A DNA stretch of 64,000 nt from Marsupella aquatica (taxonomy: Eukaryota > Plantae > Marchantiophyta), in assembly GCA_973895155.1 (NCBI GenBank), contig OZ316892.1, positions 20,833,619-20,897,618 on the forward strand. The letters run 5' to 3'. Both the position numbers and the translations under genes were made by a program. The notes under the pieces were generated by a model, which was not told the DNA's origin, did not search any database, and saw nothing but the letters and a program-made list of their open reading frames with translations. Shown in pieces: positions 1-13,899 of this stretch. The stretch's first letter is position 1; the number at the start of each line of letters is the position of its first letter.

Positions 1-1177
1 AGAATGAAGAACAAAATTCATTTTGGATGTCTCAATTTAAGGTTCCCATGAGGTTGCAACACTGACATACGTTGTATTGTAGATTGTAATTAGTGTCTTA
101 TTACACATTTTCAACTAACCATGCTAGTGATGTCAAAAATGACACAACTCCCAGTCCTTAAATCTCAGAGAGAAAACCGATATTCACACATTCTACATTT
201 TCAAAGAAGGTATGCTCTATTTGCACAATAGCTAACATGTTTCAGGGAGTTTGTGCCATTTTTCGGAAGTAGTGATGGGAAGGTGGATAATTAGAATTTT
301 TGACCAGTGAGTGTGTCCATACCACTAGTATTGTAGCGATTGATTGGGACACGGTGAACAGTTACTTTGATTGCCTGGATGGATTTTCTCCTAGCATATT
401 AGTTTCAGCACAGTGACACTTTAACACGGGACTGGATATTGTAAAGAACACCTCAAGTCATCAGATGTTCTGCAAAATGCAACGTTTGCCACAATTTAGA
501 AGTTCCAAGAGTAGTACTTTACCATGGCCCATAAGATGTTTCCACCCAGTTTACTACATTTCTGACAACTTTAAAATTGATACAAAAGCATCCAACAACT
601 TAGCTTATGTCTTGTGGTCAATAGTATTTCTCCACTTGCAGTTTGACTATAAACCTGGCATTTCTTGGTTTTTAGTTGACCCTCCTTGATTGGGTCTTTT
701 GCCTGAGGGATCATGTCTCCCGGTTGGACACCCTTTGAAAAAATAGAGTGCAACTATATTGTAAAGTATGTCTAACAACCATGCTTGGAAAATAACTGCC
801 CCTTATAAGATGCTCAATAACGTCTTATTAATTGGCGCCATTAATAATATCCCTTTATTTATGGCGTGTTAGATTAGATGACGTACACACACACACAACG
901 TAAAACTGATCCTGAAACGAAGTTAAAAGCTGGAAAACATAGTTGAAACTGTTATATGGTGAATCCATCTTTCAGATTTTGTCTTATTCAGAGTTTTCAT
1001 GTCATATATTTTTATTTCAATATGCCTTATCAAGGGGCAGCCTGTGTATCATATACATTTTTAATTAATTTATGGACCCCTCTAATTTTTAGTATCTAAA
1101 GTATTTTGAACTTATTTTGGCAGCCCCCTTATCAATTTTAATGTTTGTGATTTATTAGGGATGAAATGAAAGGCTCC

Positions 1178-1232
1178 CCCACTTGAACATTCTCATGAAT
1201 GACAACCACTTGAACATTCTCATGAATGACAA
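1178..1232. repeat. Tandem duplication, about 27 bp x2
   Basis: CCACTTGAACATTCTCATGAATGACAA occurs twice head-to-tail. Confidence 0.9.
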
Positions 1233-1473
1233 AAATGATTCTGATTGTGTGTTTAAGTTCCTCTCATGTCTTTCTTTCCTAAGTTTATGATTTTTATTGA
1301 AATGAGTCTCATTCATGAGGACATTGAATTAAGTGCACACATTGTAGTATCCTTGATTGTACTTTTCATTGGTCACTGTGCACCAATCATTTTAGTTATG
1401 TTTTCATATTTTATTTACTTTCAAATCACTACAAGACAAAAACTCAAACATGTTCCGAGATGAGCATGCTATA

Positions 1474-1596
1474 TTGTGAGACTATCAAGAGTGAGATGCT
1501 GAAGATATTATTTTTAGATTCAATATTAGATAACATAGTTGTGGGACTATCAGGAGTGAGATGCTGAAGATATTATTTTTAGATTCAATATTAGAT
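1474..1596. repeat. Tandem duplication, about 65 bp period x2
   Basis: TTGTG(A/G)GACTATCA(A/G)GAGTGAGATGCTGAAGATATTATTTTTAGATTCAATATTAGAT at about 1474 and about 1539. Confidence 0.9.
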
Positions 1597-2256
1597 TGTG
1601 CGATGCTAATGGACTACATATCTCCTTATTTTAAATATACCGTACGTTAGTTGAAAAAGTAGGGTTATTTTGAGTGTTTTTATAAAATATATTTTCTGCT
1701 GTAATTGTGTTGGTAAGTTGCCAAACATAAGGACATGCTACTATGCTAGTGTGAGATGAATGTTGTACTGTAGTGTCATGCAAATATTTATGGGATTCAG
1801 CAACTAATGTCAACTGTTTGGGAAACTGCTTACCGTAGTACGAACAACTTTGTGATACTGTGCCAATCATTTGAGAGTACGGAATATCCTAGTGATGCAA
1901 TAGGCTAAGGACGGATTTAGTTAATTTACTCATGAATATTAGCATTCTCATCACAACCCTCGAAGGGGTATTGGTGTAAACTTAAAGCACCTCGTCATTT
2001 TTTTCTGTTTGTAAGTTTCAGGGTATTATTGGACAAGAATGCACAGGGAAGATTTGGTTCAGCTCCTGATGAGAGTTATCATCCACTTAAATTACTAAAA
2101 ATAACAATCTCTTCAGCATTTAATTTCATCAAGTTCCTGTTACAGGAGCAATATGGACAATGTATACAATATGTTACAGGAGCAATATGGCACTATAAAT
2201 AATTACTCCAGAATTTCAAAATCGAATGAAAAAATTTAAAGAAATCTAAATTTAAC

Positions 2257-4628
2257 TTTAAAAAACAATAGTTTATCGGGTACTGATCAGTCTCACTTAT
2301 CAAGCAAGCCTACAAATGTGAGCACTTTTCAGTTATCAAGCAAACCTACAAATATGAGCACTACTATATAAGTATTGTTGCATTGTAAATTACGTGGACG
2401 TTGACCAAATGCTAGCCAGGAAAAGGAATCCTACATATTATGTGAAAGAACGTTTTGCAAAAGTGTTCTCCATGAAAACTCTCAGATCGACACGTTCCTT
2501 GCATTCGTGTAGCATTCGAAACTCCAAAGAAGGAGTGGATTCCTTGAATTCGTGTGCCATGGAAAGCTCCAAAGACGGCGACAGTCGAGAATGCCAAGAC
2601 AAATGACAGACGATAGCTCGGCCGTAGAAATGCCAGGACTCCAGGTTACAAGCAGCCAGAGCCAGGTGCGAAGTGAATGGAGATTAAGAGTTCGAGAGTT
2701 GAGGAATGAGGAATAATGGAAGTCAGCAATGTGGACTCTCAAGAGTTGGCCTCACCAGTACCGGCCCTGCCCGAAAATTATGTTAGGGGACGGCGTTTTT
2801 CTCTTGGACAACGCACTCGAGATTAGGGCGAGGGACCGAGGGCAGTTACTGGCCATAGAAAAGGAGAATTGTCCGACACTTCTCCCCTTGTCACATTCCT
2901 CTACCGTAGGGTGTGACTTTCCTTTCCTCTAGGAGTGACACTTTGCTTTACAATTTTAGTAAAAATTACTAAAAATGGTCCTGTAGGGTGTGACTTAATT
3001 TCCTCTCCTCTAGGGCCGGCTCTATGGGTGAAACTTTGCTCCACAATTTAAAAAACAATAGTTTATCGGGTACTGATCAGTCTCACTTATCAAGCAAGCC
3101 TACAAATGTGAGCACTTTTCAGTTATCAAGCAAGCCTACAAATATGAGCACTACTATATAAGTATTGTTGCATTGTAAATTACGTGGACGTTGACCAAAT
3201 GCTAGCCAGGAAAAGGAATCCTACATATTATGTGAAAGAACGTTTTGCAAAAGTGTTCTCCATGAAAACTCTCAGATCGACACGTTCCTTGCATTCGTGT
3301 AGCATTCGAAACTCCAAAGAAGGAGTGGATTCCTTGAATTCGTGTGCCATGGAAAGCTCCAAAGACGGCGACAGTCGAGAATGCCAAGACAAATGACAGA
3401 CGATAGCTCGGCCGTAGAAATGCCAGGACTCCAGGTTACAAGCAGCCAGAGCCAGGTGCGAAGTGAATGGAGATTAAGAGTTCGAGAGTTGAGGAATGAG
3501 GAATAATGGAAGTCAGCAATGTGGACTCTCAAGAGTTGGCCTCACCAGTACCGGCCCTGCCCGAAAATTATGTTAGGGGACGGCGTTTTTCTCTTGGACA
3601 ACGCACTCGAGATTAGGGCGAGGGACCGAGGGCAGTTACTGGCCATAGAAAAGGAGAATTGTCCGACACTTCTCCCCTTGTCACATTCCTCTACCGTAGG
3701 GTGTGACTTTCCTTTCCTCTAGGAGTGAAACTTTGCTTTACAATTTTAGTAAAAATTACTAAAAATGGTCCTGTATGGTGTGACTTAATTTCCTCTCCTC
3801 TAGGGCCGGCTCTATGGGTGAAACTTTGCTCCACAATTTAAAAAACAATAGTTTATCGGGTACTGATCAGTCTCACTTATCAAGCAAGCCTACAAATGTG
3901 AGCACTTTTCAGTTATCAAGCAAGCCTACAAATATGAGCACTACTATATAAGTATTGTTGCATTGTAAATTACGTGGACGTTGACCAAATGCTAGCCAGG
4001 AAAAGGAATCCTACATATTATGTGAAAGAACGTTTTGCAAAAGTGTTCTCCATGAAAACTCTCAGATCGACACGTTCCTTGCATTCGTGTAGCATTCGAA
4101 ACTCCAAAGAAGGAGTGGATTCCTTGAATTCGTGTGCCATGGAAAGCTCCAAAGACGGCGACAGTCGAGAATGCCAAGACAAATGACAGACGATAGCTCG
4201 GCCGTAGAAATGCCAGGACTCCAGGTTACAAGCAGCCAGAGCCAGGTGCGAAGTGAATGGAGATTAAGAGTTCGAGAGTTGAGGAATGAGGAATAATGGA
4301 AGTCAGCAATGTGGACTCTCAAGAGTTGGCCTCACCAGTACCGGCCCTGCCCGAAAATTATGTTAGGGGACGGCGTTTTTCCCTTGGACAACGCCGTCCA
4401 AGGATTAGGGCGAGGGACCGAGGGCAGTTACTGGCCATAGAAAAGGAGAATTGTCCGACACTTCTCCCCTTGTCACATTCCTCTACCGTAGGGTGTGACT
4501 TTCCTTTCCTCTAGGAGTGAAACTTTGCTTTACAATTTTAGTAAAAATTACTAAAAATGGTCCTGTATGGTGTGACTTAATTTCCTCTCCTCTAGGGCCG
4601 GCTCTATGGGTGAAACTTTGCTCCACAA
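2257..4628. repeat. Near-identical 790-bp tandem repeat, three copies
   Basis: Units start at 2257, 3047 and 3837 (TTTAAAAAACAATAGTTTATCGGG). The ORF track repeats at a 790-bp offset, and only a few substitutions plus one local change in unit 3 separate the copies. Confidence 0.97.
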
Positions 4629-6526
4629 TTTTAGGAGAAAATACTAAAAATGTTGAAACATTGGGCAGTGGTGATTTAAAGTCAAGTCTCAAAGTAATTT
4701 AAATCCCTCCCTATTGGGAGACCTCCCAAATAAAGCGCGGCTGTCGGAGGACTTCCCTTTCGGCACGGCAGCCATGGGGGCTTTATATGGGGAAACTACC
4801 TCCTAAAATATATTAGGTGGTGAGGGACATGACACTTGCTCATCAATGAATTAAAGTACTCACAACTATATTTCACTAGCAATTCCTTCCATCTACATGT
4901 CAGACAAAGGACAAATGACAAAGCAAGCTATTACAAACCGAGCAAACGAAGGTTCCGCAATCATGTACTCTGAGTACTGTTATGTCTAAAACGCTGCTAA
5001 CTAAGCTACTATAGGCATCATGTATTCACACGATCGAAAATGATAGCAAGAGTTGACTTGCTGCAATTGATAGTTTTAGCACTAGCTGAGACCAGACCCG
5101 CTTGCCTGCAAATATTTCCTTGAATTCCAGCATGCAACCGTGCACCCAAAAGCGGGAAAGCTCAAGGTACGAGTTGGTGGTGCGCCAGAAAGCTGGTTAG
5201 GCGCCTCCGCATTTTCAGCTTCCAAACGCACATGCAGATAATTTTGCAAGTGACCGTAGACGGTGGAGGATTTCTATGTTCAGCTCGAATGGCCACACAT
5301 TATGCGATGCTACTGAGGCCAGAGACTACTAAGGGTAGCGACTGGGCTGTTAAGATCTGTGGTTTTAGAAACCTGAAGAACACGTATGATACACTGGCGG
5401 TGCTTACCCGGCCTTGGTGAATTGTTCGTAGACGCAGCTTCACTACTGCTAACGCGCATATACAGTAATGTATAAAGCCCACCCAATTGCGGTAGGCCTC
5501 TATCCTTCACTCCATTTAATGTCATGCAGTTAAATTAGAGTGACTTTAGCGTGATACCAATCTCGAATTCATATCCATGACTGAAAAAAGAGTGCTATTG
5601 AGCTATTGATCGAGCTGACCAGGTATATATATAACGTTATTGATCAGACTTAAATTCATAAAATTAGAGTGAAAAGCGTCAAACCAAGAGTTTGCGGAAG
5701 GATAATCTGTTAGACAGCCTCGAGACTTCATTTTGAAATTGAACAAGGCGTTGGATTTACATTTCAGACAGAAACACCTTGATTTCGCTTCAATCTGTTA
5801 AATTTAACTGTCTTTAAAAGCAACCATAGTAGACTCATACTGGAGTAACTTGAAGACCTCAATATCTGAAATTTGTGTTCCTTGTTAGTTTGAATTAGTG
5901 CCAGCTTCGACGATTTCCGGGATTCACCACCAATAGTCGTGAATACAGTTGGATCACGGGATTTCACGTGACACTCTAATTTAACTGCCCGCACTGTGTG
6001 CAGAAAAAGCAGTGTACCTGAGACGCCCGTAAGATTGATTTAAATTGTTGTGGGTGCTGCTCTCATGCATATTCGACTTAAGCCCCTAAGGGGTTTTCTA
6101 GCTTTATTAATTATACCTCCCAAAATGCATGTGCCGTGAAGCCTGGCCAAGACGGTCCATTGCAAAGGACTTGGATCAAAACGGGCACTTGAGGCCTCCT
6201 GACCGGCAAGAAGAATGCCCAACCTTGCACAAATTGAATGACAATGGTAGTCCCCTGAAAGAACAAAAGGGTCCCACAGATTCAACGAAAGCAACGAAAG
6301 CTTCGTCACAGTAGAAACCACTGTCAAGCAAAAACTAACAAAACCAGTTTATTGCTCTCGGATTTTTTCTATAATACCAAACGTTCGAAGTCCATAACGT
6401 GAAGATCCGGGCCGAGAACTCAGCATGACAGTCCATGATTGTCAGCTTTCTTGACTCAAACATTTGATCCAAACATACATGCAGAGGCCGGCTCAGTGAC
6501 GCACAATTTGAAGCAGCTCGTTTTGT

Positions 6527-6537
6527 CTCTGATACCA
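6527..6537 (-). mobile_element. tRNA-Met primer-binding site of a degenerate LTR element
   Basis: Reverse complement reads TGGTATCAGAG. No recognisable gag/pol nearby and the LTR limits are not resolved. Confidence 0.4.
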
Positions 6538-9355
6538 CAATATTCGACGTTGGCGTTCTTAAAGATACCGAATGAATTCATGACTCCTCAAATTCGCCGA
6601 CCTGGTAGCCATGCTTCCTTTCACTTATGCCGTTTACCGCTCTACTTACTAATTTTAAGGTATTTTGCTTTGACGATCCCAACTTATTCAATTCTCTTAC
6701 CAAAATTTATAAATCAGGGAAAACAAAGTACAAAGAAGTCATTGCGAAAGTTCGACTATTCCAAAAGCATAGTCTGAGCAAACAAACTTTGGCTAGCGCG
6801 ATCGATTACGGTAGTTTGACAAACCCGAAATTCCGGACCACCGTTTTTCAGGTTTCTCATCTGTTTCACTAACCTGATTGACACTTCCGCCCTGCCTCTA
6901 TAGTTAGGGTCCACCTATAAACCAATTCAACAAGTTATTCTCGGAATTGTAAGTTACATCCTATCGTGGCATTCTACGAGGCTCTCCCAAGCTGTCGAAA
7001 GCTCTGGGCCCATGTCGGTCTATTGTTTCCGTTTCAATTTCCGTCTGTTTAGTTTAGCATCCTTCCCATTTCCGTCATTTTCCTACATATTCTCACATGT
7101 ACGACGATTGGTCAATTTCACAGGAGCAGATTTTTTGGGAGCTAAAAATAAAGTTTACTCTTCTACCTTAAACGTAATTGCCTGGTTTGATTCTAGAACA
7201 ACTCCAACTTCAGATCAGGGGAATAAATATACAGCTCACCTGTGTCCGGCCCCTAGTATCATAACACGGGAGATGACTCTAATTAGTTGAAGAGTAAAAT
7301 TGTGCCTAACTAATGAATACTACTCCGTCGTTTTCCAAAAGACGTGAAATAGGAAAGACTTGATTTAAACGGTGGCTTAGAGACTTGATATAGGATTCAG
7401 GATTTAGGATTCTCAAATTCGAGTCAATGATGAGGACGAGTCTCTTCACCTATAGCAGTGGCCATCTGTCTCCCATGCATAGTCCCGCGGCTCTGTTTGA
7501 TTCTGAGTTAGATTTGTGAAGCAAAACGTTTTAGTCCTGAACAAAATTGTCACGGACTTCCTCAACTGGTATTTCTTTTCTTTTGGGGAACGGAATGTGT
7601 CGACTGTTTATCAATTGAAAATGTTTCCTGAACCTTTGAGTAGTCACAAACGTCCATGTTGAACCACCGTAAAGGCTTATCTAGTTAGCGACAATGGCAT
7701 GCAGTCGGATTTCGTGTGGAACGCATGGATTTACATACAGTGAATGATAATGAGCGACCTTTAGGCATTACATTGGCCAGTCAAGATCAGACAGTTCAGG
7801 TTCTCCTGCAATGCCATTGTTTTTTTCTGCTATCCAAGATCATGGGGCATCGAATGAGTTGCTGCTTTGGCGGAGACAAAGGCCAGGGTACAGGTCCATG
7901 CAAGGATTGCGTGAAGTATCGTGGCTACTCTTCTGCCCTTGGTCAACTCATTATTGGCGATGGAGACATCACGTAGCTACTGAAAAGTTCTCCGTCTGTC
8001 AGGAATCATTTCGTGTTGTTTACTTATTCTAGTGACGATATACAAATAGAATACATGCCTTTTTCTTTTCTTTTCTCTGATTAGATTCTCAATGCGCCTT
8101 CCTCAGAAACTCTCATCTACTATTGGGTCAGAAACTCTCATTTATTGGCTGGATCCGACCAGTAAACAGTGCTTATTGTCGGTCATGCCTATCAGTGTTT
8201 TTTGTAGTGGCGAAAATTCGCCAAATTCCACCTCCCCAAAAAACTTTTGCCACGGCCACTTTTGGCAAAAATTGACTATTATTTTGCTGTCTCATTAGCC
8301 ACGTCCCATTAGCCAGAATCTAAGGGTCACCCTTAATCTAGGGCAATCTGATTGTAAGAAAAACAATTGAATAGTGAATTTTTGAGCATCTTCTCCTTCA
8401 CACATACATTTCACACTCTGGCAAAAAAGTAAAATCTATATAAAATAGGCTGATGCCTATCCCATATGCAAGGGAAGATATGAAGGTGTACCCAGTTTAC
8501 CAGAAAATCTTGCCAATGCGACTCTCATTTAGTATTGCTTGGGTCCCACCATTCAATGGTGCCAAGACTCGGCCATGCGCACCCTAGGAGATATATCTCA
8601 AACTGCACAGAGGTATCCCTAGATTTACGTGGCAAATCAAGAACTATAATACACAGTTGCGCCACTTTTTAGAGTGGTCGTCATTCAAATTTGCAGGACA
8701 CAAAAATTAAAAAATCTGGTCAAAGGTAAGCAATAAAGCCAAAGTGTGAATTGAGTTTAGTGTGAGTCACAAAAAGTTACACCCTGCCCAAGACAAGTAA
8801 AAATAATCACACGAGGCACAAAAAAGAAGAAGTGAAAGACTTTAACATAATGCACAAGGATCAAGGAGTATACATTCATGCAAGAAAATATTGTACATAT
8901 TCACATGCAAATTTGTATTGTAGATATTCATTGTACATATTTCAATATTGTGTGCATCATAATTTGTATAATATTGGTAAAACCATAAAAGTAATTTTTA
9001 ATTGCTAATAACATTTTAGTCACTAGATCAATAAAAAAACTATTCTCCCAATATTTGTGATGATTTTTACAGTCATTTGTAGTGTCATTTTCAATGCAAT
9101 AAAAACAAAAGTAATAAGGCCCAAAGACATAGTGAAGCGCATGGCATGAGTGTTGATGGCAAGGTCTCAGGCGAGGGGCACAATCGCAATGTAGGCGAGA
9201 ATGTAGGGTAGCCCCTCGATCTCACATGGGTGGGGAAGGGGGGCGGTGAATGAGTGGAGTGATGGTGAATGTGAAAAAGAGAAGACCAAAAATAGGAAAA
9301 GGGGAAAAGGGGGAGGTTAAGGTTTGAAAATAACAATCTTTTTTCTTAACAATAT

Positions 9356-9945
9356 CTTTTGTGCAACGCACGGGTATTTTCCTGAACGATGTCTTGGCCG
9401 ACACGACATCTTTTCCCTCAACGATGTCTTTGCCGACACGAAATCTTTTTTCTCAACAACATCTTGGCCGACACGACATCTTTTTTCTCAATGACTTCTT
9501 GGCCAAGACGACATCTTTTTTCTCAACGACCTCTTGGTTGACACGATATCATTTTTTCTCAACGACCTCTTGGCTGACACGATATCATTTTTTCTCAACG
9601 ACCTCTTGGCTGACACAATATCTTTTTTTCTCAACGACTTCTTTTCTCTCAATGAATAACCTTTAGGGCGACTCTACATAATTTCTCTCCACGACCTCTT
9701 GGCCAACACATCTTTTTTTCTCAACGATATCTTGGCCAACATGACTTCTATTCAAAACAACCTCTTGGGCGACACGACATCTTTTCTCTCAACGACCTCT
9801 TGGGCGACACAACATTTTTTTCTCTCCAAGACTTCTTGGCCGACACAACATCTTTTCTCTCCACGACCTCTTGGCTGACATGACATCATTTTTTCTCAAG
9901 GACATCTTGGCCGACACGACTTCTTTTGTGCAACGCACAGGTATT
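9356..9945. repeat. Minisatellite of degenerate ~33-bp units bounded by a 23-bp direct repeat
   Basis: Consensus CTCAACGACCTCTTGGCCGACACGACATCTTTTTT, roughly 17 copies. CTTTTGTGCAACGCAC(G/A)GGTATT at 9356-9378 and 9923-9945. Confidence 0.9.
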
Positions 9946-10390
9946 GAGCTAGTGGGGTGCATGATTTGGTGGGAAAGTGGACACACAACCAAAGGTAGCT
10001 AACAGTTTTTGGGGATGTGGAATTATTGGGTTTGCACCTAAAAAATACAAAACCCAAAAAATATCTTTACCTTCTAGGATGAGCATGGCCGAGTCTAGGA
10101 AGGTGGTTTGGCACCTTCTGTTTTTTTTAGGATATAATTCCTCGAAAACTGATCAAGAACATTTATAGCATCTCGTCCCTTAGCAAGACTGACATTCGCT
10201 ACAGTGGCTAATTAAAAAAGGAAAACATTGAAAAAATAAGCTGACTCGAAGATATATTTCAAATTGCCTAAAAAAAGGGGGCCACATGATCCCATATGAT
10301 CAACAGGCAAAAAGACCAATCAAGGGAGAACAAGGAACATACCAAAAAATGAGAGATGCGCATTCTAGAAAATTAAATATAACGGTCTAT

Positions 10391-13300
10391 TGTTGGGATC
10401 TACATAGGGTAGAGTTTGTTGGACATCAGTAGTCCTAACCCAATTCCCACTCTAGCAAGTGACCTTCTCTACTCGATCGAGCTTTATGGACGGGTCACTA
10501 TTAGCACACACCCTGTCCCAAGTGACTTCACCCCAACCACAGCCACATGGAAGTTCCCTTTCTATTTGACAACTTTTCAATTGTAACACAGTGACGGACC
10601 AAACGAGAAGTATGACCACCAAACGAGAAGTGTGTTTTCGATTTCGCGAAAAATGGCAAAAAATCACTAAAATTAAGATCAAAAACGCTATTTTGAGGAT
10701 GAATCCAAAATCGCATCCAACATCGGATTTCAAATTGAGATACTATCGACGCAAAAACAAAGAATTGTCACAATACAAAATTCTGATACACTTCATCTAA
10801 AAAAAGTGCAAATTCCAAAACCTAGAAAAACAATGCTTTTCACGTGATCCTTCTAAAAGCTAAATCCGAGCGTCAAACAAAACGAGTAAAACACAAGATT
10901 TCATTTTCGCCATCAAAATGGCAAACTCAAAATGGGATACGGCGCATCCCATTTCGGATTCAACCGTTGAACGTGGACGAAAACCACACCAAATCATTCT
11001 CTTGACGCTTCCATTTAACTTTGGGTTTAAAATATTTGAATTTTTAACTGCGGTAAAACCAAAAACTGCGAAAAACTGACCGCGGACTACAGTCGACCCA
11101 CACAATTAGTTAAGTTAACCTGACGACATGTCCGGTAAATTTTTAGCCCATAACGCATGATGAATATGAGATGGGATCCAAGTATCCACTATCGTATTCA
11201 ACCTCAATGTTTTCCACCTCCAACTTTGCATCAGGAGATCTTTCGACATGAATACCAACTGAGATCCATGGATCCCATTTTTTTGCAAGTCCAAAAACTC
11301 ATCGGGAAAACAGGAGGATGAATACCAGATGGGATCCATTTTGAACTTTTCGCATTGCATACCTTGATATTCTAGTTTGAAGACCAATTGGGATTTGCGA
11401 CGACTTCCTCAAAAATTTACAATTTAAATTTCAGCATTCCTTGAAAAGACAGACTCTCACTTTAAAAAACCCTTATATGGACCACTCAGGGAATGCCAAT
11501 AGGGATCCACGTATCCCATTTTTCTAAACAAGTCCAAAAATAACCCACTCAAAACCAAGGATGAATACCAAATGGGATCCATGGATCCTATTTGGTATTT
11601 GCCTGCCAAAATTTGCCTTTGCCGCACCTTGCACCTTGATATTGAGGTTTGAATACCAACACGGATCCATGGATCCCATTTGGTATTCACCCGCCAAAAT
11701 TTACCATTGCCACACCTCGCACCTCAATATTGAGGTTTGAATACCGACACGGATCCATGAGTCCCATTTGTTGATTCAACTCCAAAACAATTTTGGATTT
11801 TTCCTTGCTCAGCACAACCCCAATCACATCCATTTTTTACTCTTTCAAAATATGTAGGACCAATCAACAGACCTACCTAAAAATGGAGGCAAATACCAAG
11901 TGGGTTTGTGGATCCAACCTCAAATTCAAAGTCCCAGATTGGCCCTCGGTCACAAGTTACTCATCCATTTTCACATTTGAATACAAAATTGGATTTCATT
12001 TGGTCTTTACAAAATTATTATCACACTTTGTAAAGTTCTTGATTTATAAGATAACATGTTCTTATACCAAATGAGATAAAACAACATGTTCTTATACCAA
12101 ATGTGAGATCCATGGATCCCAGTTGATATTCATACAAGGTTTTATGACTTTTTCCTTTCTAGATTTGTGAAATAACATGTTTGAATACTACATGGGATAC
12201 TTGGTATCCCACTTGGTATTCATCTTGAACTTTTGATCATTTGTGATATTTTTACAAATGCAATCTGTTTTTTTAGCAAGATTTTGCTTGATCCCAGATT
12301 TTTCTTTTTCTATTTTTGCAGTGCTGAGTAAAGCGGCCGAAAAGTCTCAAGCTCTTCTTTCTAACGGTATCAATTATAAGGAATTTGGATAAATACCGAT
12401 AAAGATATGGCTTCCAAAGCGTGAGAGGGTACAAACTTAAATTTTTGTAATTTTATAAATTGCACCCCACAACTTAATCTGATCTTATCTTAGTCAATCT
12501 TGCATTTTGCACCTAAATGCTTCATATTCAGAGGTTGAATGCAAAGTGGGATACGGGGTATCCCACTTTGCATTCAACCTCATTTTTTCACGTTTATGAT
12601 ACCCAAACTGGATTTTTGAAGATTGAATCCCAAATGGGATACGCCGTATCTGGACCGCCATTAGACTCACAAGAGAAAATGTTGTTTTCCCAAGAAAGCT
12701 AAAGCTTGAGTCGGTGTCTGTCACTGAACGGCAGCAAGAGCTTCAGTGCGTGTTTAGTCAAACTGCGTCTGCGAAACAATCAGTAATCCATAAGACTTTT
12801 CCCATCATTCCAAGAAAACTCTAGGTAGATACCACATGGGATACCCCGTATCCCACTTCGCATCCAACCTCCTTTTTTAGCTAAAGAGAAACCAAAACTG
12901 GACATTTGAAGGTTGAATCCCAAACGGGATACTCCGTATCTCATTTTGCATTCAACGTTGAGGTTTTGACATTTGGAGTCTAAGATGCTTCATATTCGGA
13001 GGTTGGATGTGACATGGGATACCCTGTATCCCACTTTGCATCCAACCTCCTTTTTTAGCTAAAGAGAAATCAAAACTAGACATTTGAAGGGTGAATCCCA
13101 AATGGGATACGCCGTATCCCATTTCGCATTCAACGTTGAGGTTTTGACATTTGGAGTCTAAGATACTTCATATTCGGCGGTTGGATGCGATATGGGATAC
13201 CTTGTATCCCACTTCGCATCCAACCTTCTTTTTTAGCTAAAGTGAAACAAAAACTAGACATTTGAAGGTTGAATCCCAAATGGGATACGGCGTATCCCAT

Positions 13301-13899
13301 TTGGGATTCATCCTCGCCATTTCTATGAAGATTCTCACTTGTTAGTCAAATCTGATTTTCGGGGAATACAAGTTTGTATAGACGGTGTGCATTCGTCGAG
13401 AGTAAGAGGATACAGAGCGAGACAAAATGAGCGAAAAATTCTCAAGCGGTGATCTCCTATTTATAGTTTTCTCTCTGACCGTGGTTAGTATTTGACTGCA
13501 GTTGTATCGCAGTCGGTTAAATATTACCGTTGAGAAGAATTGTTTGGGAATATTCTTGACGGGTAAACCAATATCGGCACTTTTACTGCGTTTGTTTTAA
13601 TTTTTTTTGGAATTTCGCGGTTGGATCCGAAATGGGATACGTCGTATCCCATCTTCGTATTCGTGTCGATTTTTCCCATATTTTAAATTTGAAAAACTAG
13701 TTTTTAGGGGGAATACTAATTCCGTATCCAAGACTTTTTTGCCTTAGAATTTTTTTCACCGCGGGCAAAATGAGAAGTGTGGTCACACTTCTCGTTTGGT
13801 CCGTCACTGTGTTTTGTTCATAATGCCCTTATACCATAATTGATATTAATGTCAAGTGTCTTTCATTTTAGTGCAAAATGGACACCCTCCTATGTTGGC
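10391..13899 (-). mobile_element. Putative 3' LTR (~280 bp) split by the TIR element
   Basis: On the minus strand a polypurine tract AAGGGGGAG (~13903-13912) precedes TGCCAACA; the candidate end ...GATCCCAACA is at 10391. No partner LTR was found. Confidence 0.4.
10585..13813. mobile_element. Non-autonomous TIR DNA element (3.2 kb) rich in palindromic repeats
   Basis: TIRs AACACAGTGACGGACCAAACGAGAAGT...ACTTCTCGTTTGGTCCGTCACTGTGTT; TTGT on both flanks (10581-10584, 13814-13817). Many internal ATGGGATAC..GTATCCCAT and GGATCCATGGATCC palindromes; no transposase ORF. Confidence 0.85.

Noticed and set aside
796-1040. Possible MITE with CTGCCCCTT termini
   Set aside because: Only a ~14-bp imperfect inverted match and no TSD.
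2394-4514. Triplicated small protein-coding genes
   Set aside because: Short overlapping ORFs on both strands with no recognisable motifs; they simply follow the DNA repeat.
9356-9945. CRISPR-like periodic array
   Set aside because: Units are contiguous and degenerate with no unique spacers; no cas genes; eukaryotic context.
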